From Candidatus Zixiibacteriota bacterium (GTDB lineage Bacteria > RBG-13-66-14 > B26-G2 > WVWN01): DNA of 64,000 bases. Each line of letters opens with the position of its first letter. Within the stretch, counting starts at the first letter, position 1. Made by a program: the position numbers and the translations under genes. Location: NCBI GenBank assembly GCA_050117845.1, contig JASFLY010000002.1:160001-224000 (forward strand), written 5' to 3'. The notes beneath the pieces are model-generated. The model did no database searches, was not told the origin of the DNA, and worked only from the letters and a program-made list of their open reading frames with translations. This document shows positions 8,586 through 17,390 of the stretch, in pieces.

Positions 8586-9308
8586 ATGGCCCACCTCCAC
8601 GTCCCCGACGGCGTCCTCCCGTTCTACCTGTGGGCGGTGGGATACGCCGTCGTCGCCCTCGGCCTCATCGCCCTCTGGGTTAAATTCCGGCGGGCGGGCG
8701 ATTTACGCTCCTTCGCCCGTGCCGGCTTCTTCGCCGCGTTGACCGTCGTCGCGATGTCCTTCCACATCGCGCCGCTCGGATACCACCTCAACCTCGTGGC
8801 CCTGGCCGGCATCGTGGCGGGGCCGTTGCCCGCGCTACTCGCCTGCCTCTTCGCCAACGTCATCCTGGCGCTGTTGGGCCACGGCGGCATTACGGTCGTC
8901 GGCCTGAACACCATCACGCTCGGCGCGGAGGCGCTGGTCGCGTTCGCGGCCTTTCGGGCGGGCCGCTTCATCCGGCCCACCTGGCCCCGGGCCTTCGTCG
9001 CGACGGTGCTGGCGCTGGCGGCGAGCACGACGATCGCGTACGTCGTCGTCGTAACGGGGATGGACGACCTGGGCGGCGTGGTGGAGCGGGGACGCGGCCT
9101 CGTCGACGTTCACCTCCCGTCCGTCGGCGAGCACGCCGGCGAACGCCACGAACACGAAGCCGAGGCGCCCGCGGGCGACGTATCGCCGGGGCGGCTCGCG
9201 ATACTCTTCTACGGCCTGGGAGCCGTCGGCTGGCTTATCGAGGGGGCCGTAACGGCCACGGTGGCGGCCTATCTCAAGAAGGCGGCGCCCCGCCTTATCG
9301 CGTCCTGA
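8586..9308 (+). CDS. cbiM: ECF transporter S component, CbiM/NikM family (Co/Ni)
   Basis: N-terminal HxPDG motif, YHLNL, GHGGITVVGLN, multi-pass TM. Confidence 0.85.
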   Translation: MAHLHVPDGVLPFYLWAVGYAVVALGLIALWVKFRRAGDLRSFARAGFFAALTVVAMSFHIAPLGYHLNLVALAGIVAGPLPALLACLFANVILALLGHGGITVVGLNTITLGAEALVAFAAFRAGRFIRPTWPRAFVATVLALAASTTIAYVVVVTGMDDLGGVVERGRGLVDVHLPSVGEHAGERHEHEAEAPAGDVSPGRLAILFYGLGAVGWLIEGAVTATVAAYLKKAAPRLIAS

Positions 9309-9312
9309 CGCT

Positions 9313-9930
9313 ATGTTCTTCGAAGACCTCGACTACTGGGCGACGAGCGGCCGCGGCTGGCTTCACCGCGTCCCGCCCGTCGTGAAGCTGTTGTGGCTTG
9401 CGGCCGAGGTGGCGGCGCTGGTCCTCGTCTTCGATTTCGTCTTCTACGCCGCCCTGTACGTCGTGCTGGTAGCTTTCCTTTTAACGTCGCGGGTGCCGGC
9501 GCGACGTATTTTGCTCGCCTCGGCATACCCTTTGATATTCCTGGCGCTGGTGTTTCTAAGCGTCCGCGGCCTGGACCTCTTCGCGATCCTCTATTTCTCG
9601 GTCCGCGTCATGGCGGTCGCGCTCACGGTGCTGCTAATCGCGGCCACGACGCCTTTCCCGCGCCTTCTGGGGGCGGTTCGCTTCCTGCCGAAGTTCATCG
9701 CGGCCGGCCTCTTTCTGACCTACCGGGCGATATTCATCCTCGCGGACGTCGCCCGGGACGTGCGCACGGCCTATCGCCTACGGGGCGCCCCGGGATGGCG
9801 GCGGCCCCGCCGCTTCATCGTCAACACCGGCCGGGCGGTCGGATTTATCGTACTGGCCGCGCTGGAGCGCTCCGAAAACGCCGCCGCCGCCCTGCGAGTT
9901 CGAGGTTTCAATGGCCGAATCTACCTCTGA
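9313..9930 (+). CDS. cbiQ: ECF transporter T component, CbiQ family
   Basis: WLHRVPPVVKL, TTPF, TYR, xRG motifs (LRG, VRGF). Confidence 0.85.
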   Translation: MFFEDLDYWATSGRGWLHRVPPVVKLLWLAAEVAALVLVFDFVFYAALYVVLVAFLLTSRVPARRILLASAYPLIFLALVFLSVRGLDLFAILYFSVRVMAVALTVLLIAATTPFPRLLGAVRFLPKFIAAGLFLTYRAIFILADVARDVRTAYRLRGAPGWRRPRRFIVNTGRAVGFIVLAALERSENAAAALRVRGFNGRIYL

Positions 9931-10681
9931 CGCCATAGTATCGGTTAAATGCGTCCGGCACGTCTATCCCGACCGGACGGAAGTGGGCATCTGCGGCCTG
10001 GACTTCGACATCCCGGCCGGCGAGGCCGTCGCGGTCCTGGGCCCCAACGGCTGCGGCAAAACCACTCTCCTCAAGCACATCCTCGGGATGCTCGAGCCGG
10101 TGGAGGGCGAGGTCCGCGTGTTCGGCATAGACCCGGCCCGCGATTTCGGCCGCCTCGTAGGCCGGATCGGCGTCGTCCTCCAAAACGTCGAGGAGCAGAT
10201 CCTCGGGCCCACCGTCTACGACGACGTGGCCTTCACGCCCCGCAACCTCGGCTGGCCCGCCGCCAAGGTCAAAGGCCGCGTCGAGGCCGTGCTCGAAGCC
10301 CTGCGCATAACGGCCCTCGCCCCCAAAGTCGTCCATTACCTGTCCGGCGGCGAGAAGAAGCTGGTCGCGCTCGCCGGGGCCCTGGTGACCTCGCCCGAGC
10401 TGCTCGTCCTCGACGAGCCCTTCGAGTGGCTGGACGTGAAGGCCCGCGACCACGTCATTTCGCACTTAAAAAACTTGCATCGGGGCGGCGAACTTACTAT
10501 TATTTTAGCCACACACGAGGCCGTGGCGGCCCGGGCGCTGGCCACGTTCGCGTATTTGATGAAAACGGGAGGGGAACTGGGCGCCGCCGGGCCGATGCCG
10601 GACCTGTTGGACCGGGCGGACCTGGATGAATATAACCTCATACCGTACGAGGAACATTACCCGGCGCCGGACCGTCAGTAA
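9911..10681 (+). CDS. cbiO: ECF transporter ATPase, CbiO family
   Basis: Walker A GPNGCGKT, LSGGEKK signature, VLDEP Walker B. Confidence 0.88.
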   Translation: MAESTSDAIVSVKCVRHVYPDRTEVGICGLDFDIPAGEAVAVLGPNGCGKTTLLKHILGMLEPVEGEVRVFGIDPARDFGRLVGRIGVVLQNVEEQILGPTVYDDVAFTPRNLGWPAAKVKGRVEAVLEALRITALAPKVVHYLSGGEKKLVALAGALVTSPELLVLDEPFEWLDVKARDHVISHLKNLHRGGELTIILATHEAVAARALATFAYLMKTGGELGAAGPMPDLLDRADLDEYNLIPYEEHYPAPDRQ

Positions 10682-10745
10682 AGAGGCGGCCTGAACGCCG
10701 GCGAAATAAAGGCTCCACCCTAACTGCGCCACCAAGGAGGAAGAC

Positions 10746-11453
10746 ATGTTACGAAGGACGGTAATCGTACTGGCCGCGGCCGCGCTATCCGCGACGCTGG
10801 CGGCGGCTCAGGACCATTCGTACGTCGTCGGAGGCGCGTTCGGCGCCGCCTCGTACGAGGCGTTCGCCATCGCCGGCGGCCAGCTCGAACGCGAGTACAA
10901 CGTGGGCTTCCATATGGGCGCCGATGTCCAGAAAAACGCCGGCCGGGCGACCCACCTGTTCAACTTCGACTATTTCTCGACCCAAAGTTACGCCGGTTAC
11001 GTCCCTATTAAAATATTCGAGTTCACGTACGGCGTGCCCATCTACTTGACAGACGGCGCGCTCCGACCCGCCGTCCAGCCCTTCTTCGGTACCCGTTTCG
11101 CGACCAGCGGGGCCGGCGGCTCGCAGGGCCACCTCGGCATCATGGGCGGCGTCCGCTTCAAACCGTCGCCCACCAGATGCGTCTTCTCGGACGTCTACGC
11201 CGGGTGGCGCGGCCGCTTCGGCAGCCTCCCCTTCGAATACGACGCGGTCCCCGGCGACGAGGAACCCGCCTGGGAGAACGGTTTCGTCTTTCGTAACGCG
11301 AACACCATCGAAATATTCCTGCCGCTCTGTATTTACATTACGGCCGCGGTCGACTACGACTTCCACGACGTCGGCTCGAGTTCGCCCGGATTCGAGAACG
11401 AGAGCCGTAAGCCCGTATTCAGCGGCGGCTTCGGACCCGCTTTCTACTTCTGA
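10746..11453 (+). CDS. Secreted protein, probable outer-membrane beta-barrel
   Basis: AAGGAGG RBS, signal peptide (AAA-Q), alternating aromatic strands, terminal FYF. Confidence 0.65.
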   Translation: MLRRTVIVLAAAALSATLAAAQDHSYVVGGAFGAASYEAFAIAGGQLEREYNVGFHMGADVQKNAGRATHLFNFDYFSTQSYAGYVPIKIFEFTYGVPIYLTDGALRPAVQPFFGTRFATSGAGGSQGHLGIMGGVRFKPSPTRCVFSDVYAGWRGRFGSLPFEYDAVPGDEEPAWENGFVFRNANTIEIFLPLCIYITAAVDYDFHDVGSSSPGFENESRKPVFSGGFGPAFYF

Positions 11454-11473
11454 TCCGAACGAGGGAGGCGGAA

Positions 11474-12163
11474 TTGCGTATACTGATTATCGCGCTTGCG
11501 GTGATGGCCGCGGCGGCGTGGCCGGCCGATGACGCAGGTTCGGCCGAAGAGACGGAACCCTCGGTACCCGCGGGAAACTTAATAGGCTACCGTATATGCC
11601 CCCAATGCCATACGATAAACCCGCCCGACGCGTCGTATTGTATGGCGTGCGGTGCGCCCCTCGGCGTGCAGGGGGAAACGGCCTGGCGCCGGACGCCCAC
11701 TACTATGGCTCCCGAACTAATCCTCTGGTATAGCTCCGCGTCCGTCGGCGTCGTTACGGCGTACGACGGCGGCCGGTGGGCTAACGAACTCTCGCTGGCC
11801 GCGGTCTACGACTTCGACGATATAGAAGGGGGTTCCGTCGCCGATAAGCTCCATTTCTATTTTACCAGAAGACGCCTCCGCCCCTTTATATCGATCGAAC
11901 CGTATTTAATAATAACGGACGGCAACGATCCGAGGGGCGCGTTATCTATCAGCGGCGGCGTCCGTTACGGGTACGGCCCGTACGGCTCGTACGTGTACGC
12001 GGGGGTCGGCGCGGGCGCTTATTTTTACGAAGACGGCGTCAGCCCCCGTAGTAGAATAAACGCCCGCCTTCTGCACCTCTTCACCCCTCACTTCGGCATC
12101 GGCGGCTCGATTAACGGATTGTGCTGGTCCGGGTTAACGGTAGGACCCTCTTTCGCCTTCTGA
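11474..12163 (+). CDS. Secreted protein: double zinc-ribbon plus probable beta-barrel
   Basis: GGGAGG RBS, TTG start, signal peptide, CPQC...N...YCMACG, terminal FAF. Confidence 0.6.
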   Translation: MRILIIALAVMAAAAWPADDAGSAEETEPSVPAGNLIGYRICPQCHTINPPDASYCMACGAPLGVQGETAWRRTPTTMAPELILWYSSASVGVVTAYDGGRWANELSLAAVYDFDDIEGGSVADKLHFYFTRRRLRPFISIEPYLIITDGNDPRGALSISGGVRYGYGPYGSYVYAGVGAGAYFYEDGVSPRSRINARLLHLFTPHFGIGGSINGLCWSGLTVGPSFAF

Positions 12164-12192
12164 CAAGGCACTCGCTCGGACGCCCCCCTCGT

Positions 12193-13590
12193 ATGCAACC
12201 TGATTACCTCTTAATCGACACCCACGTCCACCTCGAACACGACGACTACGCCGCCGACGTCGACGACGTGGTAGGCCGGGGCCGGGGGGCCGGCGTCCGT
12301 TACATGGTCGTGCCCGTGTGCGCGGCCGCCGATACCGCCCGGGGCCTCGAGCTCAGCCGTCGCCACGAGGAAGTCTACTTCGCCGCGGCCCTCCACCCCA
12401 ACTGCGGCCTGCGCCTCGACGACGCCGAGGCGGCCGGCATCGAAGCGGCCCTGCGGGAAGGCAAAAAAGAAGGCCGGGCCGTCGCCGTGGGCGAATGCGG
12501 CCTCGATTACCACTATATGGCCGTGCCCCGCGACGAGCAGGTCGCCGCCCTCCGCTGGCACCTCGACCTCGCCCGCGACCTCGATTTGCCGATAATCATT
12601 CACCAGCGCGAGGCCGAGGACGACGTTCGCGCGGCGCTCGACGACGCCGGACCGCCGCCCCGGGGCGCCGTCCTCCATTGCTTCGGCGGCAGCCGCGACT
12701 ACTACCGCTGGGCCCGGGACCTCGGCCTGTACGTCTCGTTCACCGGAAACGTTACGTTCAAGCGCAGCGTCGCCGAACCGCCGGCCTTCGCCTCCGACCT
12801 CGACCTGGGCCGGGCGATGCTCGAGACCGACGGCCCCTACATGACGCCGGTCCCCCACCGGGGAAAACGGAACGAACCGGCCTATCTCCCCCTAGTCGCC
12901 GCCGGCGTGGCCGCGGCCTTCGGCCGGGCCGAGGACGACGTCCGCGCCGAGACGACTTTGGCCGCGCGGCGCTTCTTCGGCCTGCCGGCCGACTTCGGCG
13001 GCGTTGTGGCGTACCGGCTTCGCGATTCGCTCTACCTAAACCTCACCAACCGCTGCACCAACGATTGCGCATTCTGCGTCCGCAATTTCGCGGCCGGCGT
13101 CGGCGGACACGACCTGCGCCTGCGGATGGAACCGACGGCCGAGGAGGTTCTACGGGAAGTGGGCGACCCGGCCACGTACGACGAAGTGGTCTTCTGCGGC
13201 TACGGCGAACCGACGGTCCGGTGGGAAACGGTGAAGGAAGTGGCGCGGGGCCTCAAGGCGAGGGGGGCGCGTGTCCGCCTCAATACGAACGGCTCGGCCA
13301 ACCTGACGGCGGGAAGGGACGTCACGGCCGAAATGGCCGGCCTCTTCGACCGGGTTTCGGTCAGCGCCAACGCCGCGGACGAGGCCGCGTACGTCAGCCT
13401 ATGCCGGCCGGCCGCCGGGGCCGACGCGTGGCGCGCGCTCGAGGGTTTCGTCGCGGGCGTGAAGCGATACGTGCCCGAGGTCGTCATTACGGCCGTCGCC
13501 GGAGACGCCTTCTCGCCCGAAGCCATGGAAGACCTCGCCCGGCGCTGGGGCGTCCCCTTCCGGCTGCGCGGCGCCGGCAGCCGTAAATAA
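12193..13590 (+). CDS. tatD: TatD-family nuclease fused to TatD-associated radical SAM domain
   Basis: IDTHVH, GECGLDY, HCF, LETDGPY..P.PHRGKRNEP; then YLNLTNRCTNDCAFC, VVFCGYGEPT, RLNTNG. Confidence 0.92.
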   Translation: MQPDYLLIDTHVHLEHDDYAADVDDVVGRGRGAGVRYMVVPVCAAADTARGLELSRRHEEVYFAAALHPNCGLRLDDAEAAGIEAALREGKKEGRAVAVGECGLDYHYMAVPRDEQVAALRWHLDLARDLDLPIIIHQREAEDDVRAALDDAGPPPRGAVLHCFGGSRDYYRWARDLGLYVSFTGNVTFKRSVAEPPAFASDLDLGRAMLETDGPYMTPVPHRGKRNEPAYLPLVAAGVAAAFGRAEDDVRAETTLAARRFFGLPADFGGVVAYRLRDSLYLNLTNRCTNDCAFCVRNFAAGVGGHDLRLRMEPTAEEVLREVGDPATYDEVVFCGYGEPTVRWETVKEVARGLKARGARVRLNTNGSANLTAGRDVTAEMAGLFDRVSVSANAADEAAYVSLCRPAAGADAWRALEGFVAGVKRYVPEVVITAVAGDAFSPEAMEDLARRWGVPFRLRGAGSRK

Positions 13591-13592
13591 CG

Positions 13593-13625
13593 AAAAAAAG
13601 CCGCCGGTAGCCGGCGGCTTTCTTT
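13593..13625. terminator. Bidirectional intrinsic terminator
   Basis: A7-GCCGCCGG-TAG-CCGGCGGC-TTTCTTT between convergent genes. Confidence 0.85.
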
Positions 13626-13643
13626 ATCATCTTTATTCAGGCC

Positions 13644-13898
13644 CTATTCTTCGAACGGCGAGATGGCGTCCTCGGCCGCGAAAACGTCTTCCCAGGTCGG
13701 GGCGTAATCGTCGACCGACGCGTCCCATTCGTCTCCGATACCCCGACCGTCGTCCTCCTCGTCGCCGCACTCGAAGAACCGGCCGCGCACGTACGCGCCG
13801 CCCTCGTCGATTTCTACCTCGCCGCATTGGGCGCACTGGTAAACGCCGATTTGGAGCTCGTCAGGGGCGAGCGGGCCGCCGCAGCCGGGACATCTCAT
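13644..13898 (-). CDS. Small acidic zinc-ribbon protein
   Basis: CPGC...CAQC, acidic tail, GGGGGAG RBS, follows TPR gene. Confidence 0.55.
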   Translation of the reverse strand: MRCPGCGGPLAPDELQIGVYQCAQCGEVEIDEGGAYVRGRFFECGDEEDDGRGIGDEWDASVDDYAPTWEDVFAAEDAISPFEE

Positions 13899-13925
13899 AG
13901 ATGGGCTCCCCCCTTACGCCGGGGC

Positions 13926-15092
13926 TTACTCACCGCCTCCGCCGCCCAAGGATTCCTCGTACAACTTTTGGCCTTTCTCGAAATATTCTTTACCCTTCGC
14001 GTATTCGCCTATTTCCGAATAGGCCTGGCCGAGGTGCATAAGGACCCGGTGGTCCTCGGGATTTATCGCGAGGGCCTCTTCCAATACCTCGACCGCTTTC
14101 TTCGGGTCGCGCCCTTCATATTCTTTCCGAAGATACAGCGCGCCGATGCGGAATAGGATTTGGGCCTTGTAATCATCCGGTTCCATATAACCGGCCATCG
14201 TACGATAAGTTTCGATGGCTTCGTCGACCTTACCCAGGTTCTCCAGGATAACGGCCTTGGCTTCGAGGAGCGTAACGTCGTCCGGCGTCTCGGCCAAGAG
14301 CGGGTCGATTGTGGCGAGCGCCCGGTCGAACATCTTAAGGCGAAGGGCCACATTCCCGAGGCTCTTAATATACTCGTTGAGGCCTACTTTCTCGTCCCAA
14401 TTATCGCCGGCCATATCGGCCTGTTTCAGCTCGACGGCTTTCTCGTAAGTCTCGAGAGCTTTCTTCTCCTGGTCCTCGACATATTCGCCGGCGGTCATCT
14501 CGCGCTCGGCCCGGGCGCCGCTTTCAAGGTCGTAATCGACGACGCTGACGGTTTCTTCGGCGTCCCTTTCGCCGTATACGCGAGCGGTCACTTCATAAAG
14601 GCGCCCGAGGCTATAGAGCGTCTTGGGGTGGGGGGAGAAAATATGGTAAGTGGCTACCAGGGCTTCTTCCGCCCGGTCGAGATCCATTTCCTTCGTTTCG
14701 CCTTCGGGCCGCACGTATTCTTCGTCGAAAGCCCGGGAGATATATTGGGCGCCTTTATTTAAAGCCGTCGCCCAATAGTATTGACGGTCCTGGAGGATCT
14801 CTTTTATTTTTTTATCTTTATCGTCCGCCGCGTACAGCTCCTCGGCCTTGGCCCAGGCTTCCGCCCCCTCCATAAATTTATCCTGTAGAACATAGGCCTT
14901 GCCCAGGTAGGCGTAAGCTTCGGCGTTGTCCGGCGACTCGGCGATTTCCTCTTCCAGAAGTTTTATCGCCGCCGGGTACTCCTCCTGACGAATGTGCACC
15001 TTGGCGCCCGTAACGCGCCACGAACTCGCCAGCGCCGCACTCGCGACGAAGAGTGTTACTACCATCCAAAGAACGATCGTCCTAAAACGCAC
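13926..15092 (-). CDS. Secreted tetratricopeptide-repeat protein
   Basis: GTG at 15092 after AAGGAGG, signal peptide (ALA-S), multiple TPR-pattern helices. Confidence 0.85.
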   Translation of the reverse strand: MRFRTIVLWMVVTLFVASAALASSWRVTGAKVHIRQEEYPAAIKLLEEEIAESPDNAEAYAYLGKAYVLQDKFMEGAEAWAKAEELYAADDKDKKIKEILQDRQYYWATALNKGAQYISRAFDEEYVRPEGETKEMDLDRAEEALVATYHIFSPHPKTLYSLGRLYEVTARVYGERDAEETVSVVDYDLESGARAEREMTAGEYVEDQEKKALETYEKAVELKQADMAGDNWDEKVGLNEYIKSLGNVALRLKMFDRALATIDPLLAETPDDVTLLEAKAVILENLGKVDEAIETYRTMAGYMEPDDYKAQILFRIGALYLRKEYEGRDPKKAVEVLEEALAINPEDHRVLMHLGQAYSEIGEYAKGKEYFEKGQKLYEESLGGGGGE

Positions 15093-15314
15093 GGGTATTT
15101 CCTCCTTGTTTTTGGGATAACTTACCACACCGGTATCGGGGAGTCAAGGGGGCAAGCCCAAAAAGCTCGTGCGGCCGGAGCGGCCGTCGAACCAAAACAA
15201 AACCCTTTCGTCGGCCCGATAGCTATGATAGTATGCGTGTAAGTTATATTTAAGAGACTCGCGCCAACGAAGTCCCTCCCGACCCGGGCATGGCACAGAA
15301 GGGAGAAACTAACG

Positions 15315-15578
15315 ATGCCGGCAGGGAAAAGTATCCTAAAGGGCTTTATTATCGTCGTAATAGGCGCACTCTTGGGAACGATGGTCGGCGAACTCCTCGG
15401 GGCCTACCTGCCCGACGGCGCCGTAAAAAACTTCTTCATTAAAAGTATCACCTTCGGCCTCGACCCCGCCACGCTCAACCTCCATATCCTGGCGCTTACC
15501 TTCGGCCTGGTCTTGAAGATAAACGTCGTCACGATAATCGGCATCATCGGCGCGGGCCTCATCCTTTTTCGCCTTTAG
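15315..15578 (+). CDS. Small membrane protein, DUF4321-like
   Basis: GALLGTMVGELLG...P.TLNL.IL.LTFG...INV.TIIG pattern. Confidence 0.7.
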   Translation: MPAGKSILKGFIIVVIGALLGTMVGELLGAYLPDGAVKNFFIKSITFGLDPATLNLHILALTFGLVLKINVVTIIGIIGAGLILFRL

Positions 15579-15593
15579 CGTGGGTGTTCCGCC

Positions 15594-17390
15594 TTGCGTC
15601 CGAAAACTCCGACAACATTCCTCCTTTGCGTTTACGCGGCCGTGGCGGCCGCCTTTTTATGCTGCGCCGCCCCGGAATCCGGCCCCCGCGATTATTTCGT
15701 AATATGCCGCCGGGGTTCCCCCGCGGGTACCTTGACCCTCGCCGAACTCGGCGAGCGCCGCGACGCCCGGGGGCCCTACGCCGTCACCGCCTGCCGCGTG
15801 ACCCGTCGCCGTTTCGCCGGCCCCGCCCGGGGCATCGAGGCCGACGAATTGGCCCTCGCCGCGGCCCGCCGGCCCGGGGAGGCCGCGTACTACATCCGGG
15901 GCCGCTACAGCGGCGGCGAGTTCCGCTTCCGGCGGGGGAACTCCTGGCGTATCACCGTCGAGGACGAGTTCGGCAACGTGCTCAAAAACGCCGGCGACGG
16001 AGACCCGGATTTCCTTACCTTCCGAGGAACGCCCCTCCCCGTTTCCGTAGCCGTTCGGCCCGGGGTCGGCTCCCTTATGACGAGCGTCGAGGTCACGACC
16101 GGCCGGGTCTCGCGGTACCTCGGCCGGGGCGACGGCCGGGCGTGGGCCGGCCGCGCCGAGGAAGGTTACGTTCGCGTCGCGTTCGACGAGGACGGAGCGG
16201 TCGAGAAATACGCGACCGCCGCGGGGGCGACGCTCGCCCCGGCCGGAGGCGCGCCGAGCCCCCTCGCCGTTTGCCACGAAAGGCCGCGCTACGTCGTCCT
16301 ACCGGAAGTCATCTACGGGGCGGCCGCGGCCGTGCCCCGGCGAGTCCCCCTCGTCGCCGAACTATCGCGTTCCCCGGGGATAACCGCGCCCGAACGCCCC
16401 GGCCAGATGTTCGACGGGACGATAAGCGGAAACGTCATCTCGGGCGAGTTTATTTTGGACCCCTCCGCCCAAACGCCGCTCGCCCCCGCGGCCGGCTACG
16501 CCCCGGCCGCGGTCGACGGCTTCTGGCCCCGTATCCAGAACGAAGGCGAACTCGAGCGGTTGGCCGCGTCGTATCGGGCTGAACACAAAAGCGTCCGTTT
16601 CGTAACGGGCCTCGGCCTCTTTTGCGGCAACCTCCTGGCCGAATACGAATGGCTCGATGTCGACGGCGATCCGGTCGCGGCGCCCGCCCGGCCGGTGCCC
16701 GACGCGCGTATCGCCCTCGCGGCCGGGGAACGACGCGTCGGCCTTAAGTACTTCGCGGTGGGAGAAATCGAGCCCGTCGGCCGGGGCGCCCGGCGCAAGG
16801 CCGGGGCGACGTTCGGCCTGCGGGACGAGGCCGAACTCGTTTATCGCGCCCACGTTTCGGGCGCCTCCGCCGGCGAGATATTAGTCCGCTACGAATGCCC
16901 CGCCGACGAAGCGCCGGCCCTTTATCTCTTCGGCGAGGTCTTCGGCCAGCGGCTCGAGGCCGCGGCCTTCGGCGAACCCGCCGGCCCCGAGGGCTTCCGG
17001 ACCTGGGGCGGCCGGCCCGCGGCGTTCGCGACGTACGTCGCCGCCGGGAAAGTCGTCGCCGTGCCGGACGAGGACGCCAAACCGCCGGCCGGGTTCGTAA
17101 TCGGAACCGCGGACGGCGGCCTTACCAGGTTCCGCTGGCGACGGATGGCCACGGCCCTGGCCGGCAGGGAGATACGTACCTGCCGCGTATACGACGTGGA
17201 GCCATACGCGCTCCGGGCGTACTACACGTACGACGGCGTTCTGGCCCGCCTGGAAGGCCGCGATTTCAGATTATCGTTGGAAGCCTACCCCGCGCGAAGG
17301 CCGCGCCGCGCCGCCGGTGCGCCGGCGGCGGAAACCCCGCCGGCCGAAACGCCGCCGCCCGCCGAGGCCGCGGGAGGAGGAAACGCATGA
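15594..17390 (+). CDS. Hypothetical exported protein
   Basis: 598-aa ORF with hydrophobic N-terminus; stop overlaps the next ATG (ATGA); start uncertain. Confidence 0.6.
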   Translation: MRPKTPTTFLLCVYAAVAAAFLCCAAPESGPRDYFVICRRGSPAGTLTLAELGERRDARGPYAVTACRVTRRRFAGPARGIEADELALAAARRPGEAAYYIRGRYSGGEFRFRRGNSWRITVEDEFGNVLKNAGDGDPDFLTFRGTPLPVSVAVRPGVGSLMTSVEVTTGRVSRYLGRGDGRAWAGRAEEGYVRVAFDEDGAVEKYATAAGATLAPAGGAPSPLAVCHERPRYVVLPEVIYGAAAAVPRRVPLVAELSRSPGITAPERPGQMFDGTISGNVISGEFILDPSAQTPLAPAAGYAPAAVDGFWPRIQNEGELERLAASYRAEHKSVRFVTGLGLFCGNLLAEYEWLDVDGDPVAAPARPVPDARIALAAGERRVGLKYFAVGEIEPVGRGARRKAGATFGLRDEAELVYRAHVSGASAGEILVRYECPADEAPALYLFGEVFGQRLEAAAFGEPAGPEGFRTWGGRPAAFATYVAAGKVVAVPDEDAKPPAGFVIGTADGGLTRFRWRRMATALAGREIRTCRVYDVEPYALRAYYTYDGVLARLEGRDFRLSLEAYPARRPRRAAGAPAAETPPAETPPPAEAAGGGNA

